NCBI GenBank assembly: GCA_002305585.1 | Contig: DBPN01000056.1 | Span: forward strand, 18,876 to 42,875 | Source: Eggerthellales bacterium UBA1419 | GTDB taxonomy: Bacteria > Actinomycetota > Coriobacteriia > Coriobacteriales > UBA8131 | DNA: 24,000 nucleotides | Reading direction: 5' to 3' | Shown here: positions 17,444-24,000 of the stretch, piece after piece | How positions within the stretch are numbered: position 1 is the first letter of the stretch | How the letters are laid out: every line of letters begins with the position of its first letter | The notes under the pieces: model-generated | What the model saw: only the letters and a program-made list of their open reading frames with translations | Database searches by the model: none | Told to the model about the DNA's origin: nothing | Made by a program: the position numbers and the translations under genes

Positions 17444-18325
17444 ATGGTGAGCTTTAAGAAGCCAGGTACTCAAGAACAGCCTGTTGAGGCTGAGGCGCCA
17501 GGCTTGCTGCAGGTACAGGAACTGGTTGCTGGCTATGGCAGGAAAGAGATCGTTCATGGTATCAGCTTCGAGATGGATCGTGGTGAGTTCGTCTGCATAA
17601 TCGGTGCGAATGGCTGTGGCAAGACAACAGCGCTGCGCAGTATACTCGGCCTGCTTCCAGTTATGTCGGGCAAGATATTCATCAACGATGTGGATACGGC
17701 GTCGATGTCCATTCGCCGTAAAGCCAGGCACTTCGCTTATATCCCTCAGGTGCACGTGCCGCCATTCCCGTTCAAGGTTGCAGATGTTGTGTTGCTTGGG
17801 AGAACGCCGCATCTGGCCAGTAGCGTGTCTGACGTCTCCAAGCGCGACAAGGTCATTGCCTATCAGGCCATGCAGCAATTATCGATTGAACATCTTGCAG
17901 AGCGGGAGTACACCGAACTTTCCGGTGGCCAACAACAGCTTGTCCTGATTGCCCGTGCTCTGGCGCAGGAGCCGGATATCCTGGTGATGGACGAGCCCAC
18001 GGCCTCATTGGATTTTGGTAATCAGCAACTGGTGCTGACCCGCCTGCACAAACTGTCTCGTGATGGTGTCTCTGTCTTGATGGTAACTCATGATCCCGAC
18101 CATGCGTTGTTCTGTGCCGATCGGGTTATCGTCATGGAGCAGGGTGTCATCATATGTACGGGTAACCCAGTCGATGTCATTACTTCAGAGATCATGCATC
18201 GGATATATGGTACTCACGTGTACGTCGCTGATGTCATGGTGGGCGATTGTCGAGCGGTAAGGACCTGCGTGCCGCTGATGGCGGCCGATACAGACGATCG
18301 GGAAACTGGTGGGAGGTACCTGTGA
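17444..18325 (+). CDS. ABC transporter ATP-binding protein (FecE/BtuD/HmuV type)
   Basis: Walker A is GANGCGKTT, signature LSGGQQQLVLIARAL, Walker B ILVMDEPTASLD and H-loop MVTHDP. It starts 6 nt after the permease stop. Confidence 0.93.
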   Translation: MVSFKKPGTQEQPVEAEAPGLLQVQELVAGYGRKEIVHGISFEMDRGEFVCIIGANGCGKTTALRSILGLLPVMSGKIFINDVDTASMSIRRKARHFAYIPQVHVPPFPFKVADVVLLGRTPHLASSVSDVSKRDKVIAYQAMQQLSIEHLAEREYTELSGGQQQLVLIARALAQEPDILVMDEPTASLDFGNQQLVLTRLHKLSRDGVSVLMVTHDPDHALFCADRVIVMEQGVIICTGNPVDVITSEIMHRIYGTHVYVADVMVGDCRAVRTCVPLMAADTDDRETGGRYL

Positions 18326-19530
18326 CCGAGAAACGAGCACATCTAGAAGTGCAATCAGGACACCCGGATATTGAGCAATCATGTGGGTCCAATCCAGCAT
18401 CGGGTTTCTCGCGTCGTGATTTCTCCAAGCTGATCGCCACCGGGTTCGTGGTCACGTTGGCAGCTCCAATGCTCAGCGGCTGTAAGGAATATGCCGACGC
18501 CGTGATACTTGGCAAGCGCACAGTGACAGACCATGCCGGGCGTGAGGTGGAGATCCCCACACCTGAGGGTATCAAAAGCGTCTTCTTCACATCGTCGCTC
18601 GCCCAGGTTTATATCACTTCGCTGTGCCCCGATCTCCTCGGCGGCACCGCCAGCAAGTTCGACGCCGGGCAGTTGCGCTTCATGCCGGCCGGAGTTGATA
18701 AGCTTCCCTATCTGGGTACCATCCATAACAATGGCGAGATCGACCGCGAGTCCCTGCTCACCGAGGATATCGACATCATGTTCTCGATCAGTGGTATCGA
18801 GCTCACGCAGCAAAACGTCTCGGAGGCCATAGGGTTACAGGATCAGACACATATACCTTGCCTGTTGGTGGATGGTTCCTTCGACAAGATTCCAGAGGCG
18901 TTCCGTTTCCTGGGCGACATCCTTGGACGCGAGGAACGTGCCGAGGAGCTGGCAAGTTTCTGCGAGCGCAGCTATACCAGTGTCCGCGATGTCGTGCAGA
19001 CCATACCCCAGGAAGAGCGAGTCAGACTGTATTACGCCGAGGGACCGGAAGGCCTGCAGACAGAGCCGGAGACATCACAGCACATGTTGGGCTTCCTCGA
19101 AGCTGGGGCGATATGTGTCGCTGATTGTGAGGAAACCTACGGCGGCGGTATGACCGATGTCTCGTTGGAACAGGTACTGACCTGGGATCCTGAGGTGATC
19201 ATCGCCTGGGATACCGAGCAACGCGGTGGCGCAGCCGAGGATATCCTCACCAATCCTGACTGGGCTCAGATCCAAGCAGTCAAAGAGGACCGAGTGTATG
19301 CGATGCCCAATGAACCGTGGGCCTGGTGCGATCGTCCTCCTGGCGTGAATCGGATCCTGGGTATCCACTGGGTGGCCAATCTACTTTACCCCGACATCTA
19401 TGACGTGGATATCAAAGAGATCATAAAAGAGTTCTTCAAGGTGATGTATCAGGTTGATGTCGATGATCAGACGGTAGAGGGGCTGCTGGGGAACTCCTAT
19501 CCACCACCACCACGTAAGGATAAGCAATAA
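18322..19530 (+). CDS. Class III (Peripla_BP_2-type) substrate-binding lipoprotein with a twin-arginine signal
   Basis: The GTG at 18322 overlaps the ATPase stop (GTGA), with a GGAGG SD 5 nt upstream. The signal is SRRDFSKLIATGFVVTLAAPMLSGC, combining a Tat motif and a lipobox Cys54. The body shows chelate-SBP features: VFFTSSLAQVYITSL, DIDIMFSISG, PEVIIAWD and VYAMPNEPWAWCDRPPGVNRILGIHW. Confidence 0.85.
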   Translation: MTEKRAHLEVQSGHPDIEQSCGSNPASGFSRRDFSKLIATGFVVTLAAPMLSGCKEYADAVILGKRTVTDHAGREVEIPTPEGIKSVFFTSSLAQVYITSLCPDLLGGTASKFDAGQLRFMPAGVDKLPYLGTIHNNGEIDRESLLTEDIDIMFSISGIELTQQNVSEAIGLQDQTHIPCLLVDGSFDKIPEAFRFLGDILGREERAEELASFCERSYTSVRDVVQTIPQEERVRLYYAEGPEGLQTEPETSQHMLGFLEAGAICVADCEETYGGGMTDVSLEQVLTWDPEVIIAWDTEQRGGAAEDILTNPDWAQIQAVKEDRVYAMPNEPWAWCDRPPGVNRILGIHWVANLLYPDIYDVDIKEIIKEFFKVMYQVDVDDQTVEGLLGNSYPPPPRKDKQ

Positions 19531-19531
19531 G

Positions 19532-21685
19532 ATGCAGACAAGAGGTTCATATCTGTCGCGCTGGTTGCGGACCATCCGGGATACGCTGGTGCTGTTCGTG
19601 GCCGTGCTGCTGATCATGACTCAGCTGCCATTGACCGCTCTGGCCGAAAGCGCGCTCGCAGACCCCGATCCCCAGCCGGTGGATGCCCAGGTGCCCAGCA
19701 TCTCCGTATCGCCTCTGAGCGCCTCCTACACCCAAGGCGACTCTCCGGCTGCATTGAATGTAGCTGCCAGTGTCAGCGATGGCGGAACGCTCTCCTATCA
19801 GTGGTATGGCAACAGCGTTGACAGCACAGCGGGCGGTTGGGCAGCAGGAAGCGGCACCTCATTGCTGCCTGCGACAGACACTGTGGGAACAACCTACTAT
19901 TATGTCGTCATCACCAACACCAACAGTCAGGCCACCGGCGCTCAGACTGCCAGCGCAACTACTGGCTTCGCTGCAATCACCGTCATCGCGCCTGCGGATG
20001 ATCCTTCTCCGATAGACACAGACCATGTGACTCAGCTGATATTGAAATACGAAGACCCCGACACTCCGAATAAGTACTATCCCGTTGGCGAAGATGGCGA
20101 TGCCAGCCATAAGTGGTTGCAGATCGATCAGAAGGGCGAGAAGGTTCAGCTTGTGGTCTATTACAAGACCGAGCAACATCCCTATAGCGAATTCTCTGCG
20201 GCCAATGGTTCTGAGAACCTCGGCGAGATACCTCTGGTTTGGCAATCCAGCGATAACAACATCGCAACAGTTGGTCCCGACGGTGTGGTCACTCCACGTG
20301 GCAACGGCACGGTAACCATCACGGCTACTGTCGGTCTTTCCGATCCCTTGAAATACGAGGGCACAGCTCCCTATCGAAGCGTTGTCATCATCTTTGATGG
20401 CCAGGATGGCGAATATGTGAGCGAGGTGACCATCATCGACGAAGAAGGCGTCGATATGGGTCGCAAAGCCGGGACTACTAAGCTGTTTGGCAAACTGGAT
20501 ACGCACTTCAAGTTCTATGCCCAGATCACCTGGACTGATGCTGACGGGAACACCCGTGTCGAGGATACTCGCAACGATAAACCCAGCTCGTCAGTCAAGT
20601 GGTCGATAGGCGGGTCGACGATACCGGCGTCGATCAATGAGGATACCGGTACTCTCACCCTCACCCAGTATTCTGGCAATGCCTATGTCATCTGCTCGGT
20701 TACCGGTGGCTTGTTTGGCGAAACCGTACGGGATTATGCTCAGTTCCAGCTGGATACCGGTCAATATGAATATAACCCCAGCGACTCCTTGACACTTAAG
20801 GTGGTCTATCAGGAGTATCCGGACAAGGTGGTGCAGGAGCATACATACAGTTACTCAGAATTGCTTGGCAGCCTGAGTTCTTATACCTACAACTATACGA
20901 TCATGCGCGGGTTTGACTATGGCTGCATCAGAGCCCAGGGCTTCCTTTTCAAGGATGTGATGGATCTGGAGGGTATCAAACTGGAAGAAGTGTATCAGTT
21001 CCGTTTTGGCACTATGGACGGTTATGATAACCCCGTCACCTATCAGCTATTGTACGGATCTGGGCCCCGTTATTTCTTCCCCAATCTTGATATCAGCAGC
21101 AAATCCGGCGCTACGGTTGTGCCGCCGATGCTGGCATATAGCAGTGCTACCGTCTGGAACCAGTCAGAAGTCGACCCCTCACTCGCTCTCGATGACGGGA
21201 CTCGGTTCAGATTGGTGTTTGGCCCTCTGTGGTCAGGAGAGACCAACTCCGCCTATCAGATCTACTACATCCATACCATCACCGTCGTCATGGCGGGCGC
21301 TCCACCAGTCACTCCAGGCGACGGCGACGATGATGGCGGCGGCGGTGGTACTGGAGATGAGAACAATGGCAGCGATCAAAGTGGCGATGGTCTAGCTGGC
21401 GTAAAAGGTGTCAATGGCTCAGCGGGAACAGAGCTGGTCGATCCCGGCGGAGCAGACAATGACGCAACCGATGAGAGCGGCGAAGGTGCCGCGGGTGCAC
21501 TTAGCGCAACTGATGGTGAAGGTCGTGGCTGGCGGGTCTATGAAATGATGAGCAAGGCACAGTCTCAGCTCGCGCCATTGGAGTACGACAATCCGCTATC
21601 GCCCTTTGCGGCACCGGTTGGTTTTGCAAGCGTGGCGGCAGGAGTCGGTTTCACGTACCTGGGATTTAAAAGGAGGCTGTTTTAA
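19532..21685 (+). CDS. 717-aa cell-surface protein with a signal peptide, Ig-like/Big_2-like domains, a C-proximal beta-rich module, a Gly/Asp linker and a C-terminal TM tail anchor
   Basis: The signal peptide is LVLFVAVLLIMTQLPLTALA/ES. One Ig-like module reads LSYQWYGNS...GTTYYYVVITNT. A Big_2-like module reads LVWQSSDNNIATVGPDGVVTPRGNGTVTITATV, and a second one reads VKWSIGGS...TGTLTLTQYSGNAYVICSV. The acidic Gly-rich linker is GDGDDDGGGGGTGDENNGSDQSGDG... The terminal TM is FAAPVGFASVAAGVGFTYLGF followed by KRRLF. There is no LPXTG motif. Confidence 0.85.
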   Translation: MQTRGSYLSRWLRTIRDTLVLFVAVLLIMTQLPLTALAESALADPDPQPVDAQVPSISVSPLSASYTQGDSPAALNVAASVSDGGTLSYQWYGNSVDSTAGGWAAGSGTSLLPATDTVGTTYYYVVITNTNSQATGAQTASATTGFAAITVIAPADDPSPIDTDHVTQLILKYEDPDTPNKYYPVGEDGDASHKWLQIDQKGEKVQLVVYYKTEQHPYSEFSAANGSENLGEIPLVWQSSDNNIATVGPDGVVTPRGNGTVTITATVGLSDPLKYEGTAPYRSVVIIFDGQDGEYVSEVTIIDEEGVDMGRKAGTTKLFGKLDTHFKFYAQITWTDADGNTRVEDTRNDKPSSSVKWSIGGSTIPASINEDTGTLTLTQYSGNAYVICSVTGGLFGETVRDYAQFQLDTGQYEYNPSDSLTLKVVYQEYPDKVVQEHTYSYSELLGSLSSYTYNYTIMRGFDYGCIRAQGFLFKDVMDLEGIKLEEVYQFRFGTMDGYDNPVTYQLLYGSGPRYFFPNLDISSKSGATVVPPMLAYSSATVWNQSEVDPSLALDDGTRFRLVFGPLWSGETNSAYQIYYIHTITVVMAGAPPVTPGDGDDDGGGGGTGDENNGSDQSGDGLAGVKGVNGSAGTELVDPGGADNDATDESGEGAAGALSATDGEGRGWRVYEMMSKAQSQLAPLEYDNPLSPFAAPVGFASVAAGVGFTYLGFKRRLF

Positions 21686-22476
21686 TGGGAGTTGAAGGTT
21701 TGACAACGTACGTGGCGGCAATATTGCACGGTGTGGCGCAGAATCTGATGGTACCGACGATGATAGTCCTGGTTCTCCTCATCGTCTTCGCGTTGTTCTG
21801 TGTTGGTTCGATCATCACCGAGATATTCACCGAGCGCAAGCATTTTAAAGCCAATGTACCGCGGATCATCAACGAGATCCATGACGTCGACTATAAGGAT
21901 GTAGAAAAGGTCGTGTCCCGTTCTGCCCTGCTCAATCCCCAGAAGCAGGCTCTGCTGATGATTGTACGCAACATGGGTCTTTCTGAAGATGACCTGTTCG
22001 CTTTAGCAAAAACCCAGATAGCCAAGGTCGATGATCGCTACAAACGCATTCTTTCCCACACGGAACAGGTGACCAAGATCGCACCGATGATGGGATTGAT
22101 GTGCACGTTGATCCCGCTTGGTCCCGGTATCGTAGCGATGGGACAAGGCGAAGTCACCCAACTTTCGATGTCGTTGTTGATAGCTTTCGACGGTACGGTC
22201 GCCGGTCTGGTTGCCGCTGTGGTCTCACTGTTGGTCACAGCCGTACGCAAGCGTTGGTACGCACATTACATGATCGTGCTGGAGGCTCTGATGACCAGCC
22301 TGCTGGATAAAGCCTCAGCCGCTCGTATCGCAGGAATCAAACTGCCGCATAACTACTATGAGACTGAAATGCATGCAACTGAATCCAAGGTAAGTAAAGG
22401 TATCCTGCCCGAGATCGAGACAGAAGAGTGCATCAAACGCGAGAGTGTTATAGAGCCACAACCTGCGAAGGGGTGA
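21685..22476 (+). CDS. MotA/TolQ/ExbB-family proton-channel protein
   Basis: 263 aa with three predicted TMs. The family signature is APMMGLMCTLIPLGPG (compare ExbB/TolQ xPxxGLxGTVxG). The last TM, LLIAFDGTVAGLVAAVVSLLV, retains the conserved Thr. The ATG shares its A with the upstream TAA (TAATG). Confidence 0.85.
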   Translation: MGVEGLTTYVAAILHGVAQNLMVPTMIVLVLLIVFALFCVGSIITEIFTERKHFKANVPRIINEIHDVDYKDVEKVVSRSALLNPQKQALLMIVRNMGLSEDDLFALAKTQIAKVDDRYKRILSHTEQVTKIAPMMGLMCTLIPLGPGIVAMGQGEVTQLSMSLLIAFDGTVAGLVAAVVSLLVTAVRKRWYAHYMIVLEALMTSLLDKASAARIAGIKLPHNYYETEMHATESKVSKGILPEIETEECIKRESVIEPQPAKG

Positions 22477-22943
22477 TGATCGTGGCACGTGATTTCAATT
22501 CGGGGATCTTCCTCAATGCCAGCCAAGATACCGCCGAGGATGTCGATCCGCGTATCGGCCTGGTCAATCTGGCCGATGTCATGTTGGTATTCGCCTGTGG
22601 ATTGATGCTGGCGTTAGTTAGCTACTGGAATCTCGATATGTCCAACCTGCAGGAGCTGGTGCAAAACGAACAAGTTGCCGAGGTCAGTGATATCGAGGAC
22701 CTGGAGGGGCAGCTCAATGGCATCGGTAGCGGTTACCAGGAACTGGGGATGGTGTATAAGGATCCAACAACCGGCAAGCTCTATATGCTCTCAGAGGATC
22801 TTGCCGGTGATGAGTCGGGTTCTGACTCGAGCTCATCAGGTGCCGCTTTAAGCTCAACGAACGATGTGTCGAGCTCGTCAGGTGCAGGCTCGGGCTCATC
22901 AGGTACGGTTTCGGACGTATCAGACACTGCAAGAGGGGAGTGA
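22476..22943 (+). CDS. Small single-pass membrane protein, ExbD/TolR-like (DUF2149-like), with a Ser/Gly/Asp-rich tail
   Basis: The ATG at 22476 shares its A with the upstream TGA (TGATG), and a GAAGGGG SD lies upstream. The TM region GLVNLADVMLVFACGLMLALV carries an Asp in a DVML context like ExbD/TolR (xxDVMLVLL). The C-terminus is GDESGSDSSSSGAALSSTNDVSSSSGAGSGSSGTVSDVSD. Confidence 0.75.
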   Translation: MIVARDFNSGIFLNASQDTAEDVDPRIGLVNLADVMLVFACGLMLALVSYWNLDMSNLQELVQNEQVAEVSDIEDLEGQLNGIGSGYQELGMVYKDPTTGKLYMLSEDLAGDESGSDSSSSGAALSSTNDVSSSSGAGSGSSGTVSDVSDTARGE

Positions 22944-22946
22944 GCC

Positions 22947-24000
22947 ATGCGTCGACCATCATCAGCTCTTAAGCTCGTTGTCTCGCTGCTTGTCGTGCTG
23001 TTCTGTTGTGGCTCTGTGACGGCTTTCGCAGCCGACAGCCAGGATGTTCACAGTGGAGATACCCTCACTTCTTCAGTACAGAGAGCGGGCGTTACCGTAC
23101 TTACAGACCCGATTTCTGGTAAAGACGTTGCTTTTTCCACTCCGCTGCAAACCCTTGCTGCCGGGGATCCCGATATCAGCTGGTATGACGATAGTCTAGA
23201 CTCCTTCACCCTTACCAAGGCAGAGCAGTTCCTGGGCTTATCGGTATTGGTTAACCAACAGCATAAAGATTTCACCGGTAAGACCGTGACGTTGGCCGCA
23301 ACTGTCAGCGGGGCCCCGGTCACACCGATTGGAACAGCGGAGCATCCGTTCAATGGAACATTCGATGGCGGCTATGATCGCAATAACTCCGTCAGTTACA
23401 TGTTATCGAATCTGACCGTCAACGCCACCAGTAAGTCCTATGTTGGAATCTTTGGCTACACGGGACCTGATTCTTCGATCAGGAACCTCTGGGTATACGG
23501 AGGAACGCTGAGCATCGATGAACAGGCGGCCGCAGGAGCGCAGATCAGCGATGTTGGCAGCATCGCCGGATATATGGGCGGTGACATCGATAACTGCGTG
23601 TCTTCGATGAACATCTCGATAACGAGCGAGCGCGAGGCAACTACCGATATCGTCGGCAATGTCTGCCGCGTTGGTGGCTTGGTTGGCTATCTGGCTGGTG
23701 ACATGCAGGGGTGCGCACGGGATATCAGCGACATCGCGATCGCCAGTGACTCGGATATACTGGAGAACATGCGCTACCTCGCAGGTGAGATCGGTGGGTT
23801 GGTAGGTGCACAAGGTGATACAAACGATATCGATATCGTGCCAACGATTAATGACTCCTTGAACAAGGGTAAGATCATCATGACCCTGACCGGTGCAGGC
23901 GGCAAGGATCGCTTTGGCGAACAGCTCTTCTCGGTCTCAGCCTGTGTGGGCGGAATAGTGGGGGCTACCACCGGAAGCGTCTATCGTTGTACCAATGAAG
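22947..24000 (+). CDS. Secreted surface protein with GLUG-type (GGLVG) beta-helix repeats, 3'-truncated by the window edge
   Basis: This ORF is not in the supplied ORF track. I translated it by hand from ATG 22947 (GAGGGGAG SD upstream), and it is open to base 24000. The signal peptide is LKLVVSLLVVLFCCGSVTAFA/AD. It contains HPFNGTFDGG...LSNLTV...YVGIFGY and repeated VGSIAGY, VGGLVGY, IGGLVGA and VGGIVGA motifs. Confidence 0.8.
   Translation, partial: MRRPSSALKLVVSLLVVLFCCGSVTAFAADSQDVHSGDTLTSSVQRAGVTVLTDPISGKDVAFSTPLQTLAAGDPDISWYDDSLDSFTLTKAEQFLGLSVLVNQQHKDFTGKTVTLAATVSGAPVTPIGTAEHPFNGTFDGGYDRNNSVSYMLSNLTVNATSKSYVGIFGYTGPDSSIRNLWVYGGTLSIDEQAAAGAQISDVGSIAGYMGGDIDNCVSSMNISITSEREATTDIVGNVCRVGGLVGYLAGDMQGCARDISDIAIASDSDILENMRYLAGEIGGLVGAQGDTNDIDIVPTINDSLNKGKIIMTLTGAGGKDRFGEQLFSVSACVGGIVGATTGSVYRCTNE

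Noticed and set aside
1-24000. Search for mobile elements, CRISPR arrays, tRNA or rRNA genes, and defence systems.
   Set aside because: I saw no transposase, integrase or recombinase ORFs and no regularly spaced direct repeats. There are no T-arm or anticodon-arm tRNA signatures; GGTTCAA-like strings at 1853 and 16236 lack the complementary stems. No nuclease or methylase gene sets are present.

Overview
All supported genes in this window are on the + strand. The gene order (secA, prfB, ftsE-ftsX, S41 peptidase, rnr, smpB) and the modes of surface display suggest a mid/high-GC Gram-positive chromosome, probably actinobacterial and Coriobacteriia-like. That taxonomic call is inference only.

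Positions 1-16062 are ordinary housekeeping:
- a 5'-truncated STAND-ATPase/SARP-type regulator with a Gln/Pro microsatellite linker
- secA
- prfB (no frameshift, and an SPT tripeptide where RF2 normally has SPF)
- a split transketolase whose first gene overlaps prfB
- ftsE and ftsX
- an S41 C-terminal processing peptidase
- RNase R
- a metallophosphoesterase
- an M42 aminopeptidase
- smpB
- a GatB/YqeY-domain protein

A 307-nt AT-rich gap (16063-16369) carries repeated TTCCAG elements. It is followed by the accessory part of the window, a tightly packed and translationally coupled operon (16370 to beyond 24000). That operon encodes a FecCD permease, an ABC ATPase, a Tat-lipoprotein class III substrate-binding protein and a 717-aa C-terminally tail-anchored multi-Ig surface protein. 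These are followed by a MotA/TolQ/ExbB-like proton channel, a small ExbD/TolR-like (DUF2149-like) partner and a secreted GLUG-repeat surface protein that runs off the window.

A PMF stator embedded in a chelate ABC importer operon is the best candidate for an undescribed system. There is no TonB or outer-membrane receptor in the operon, and the host appears to be monoderm.

I found no rRNA, tRNA, tmRNA, CRISPR array, IS element or prophage genes.
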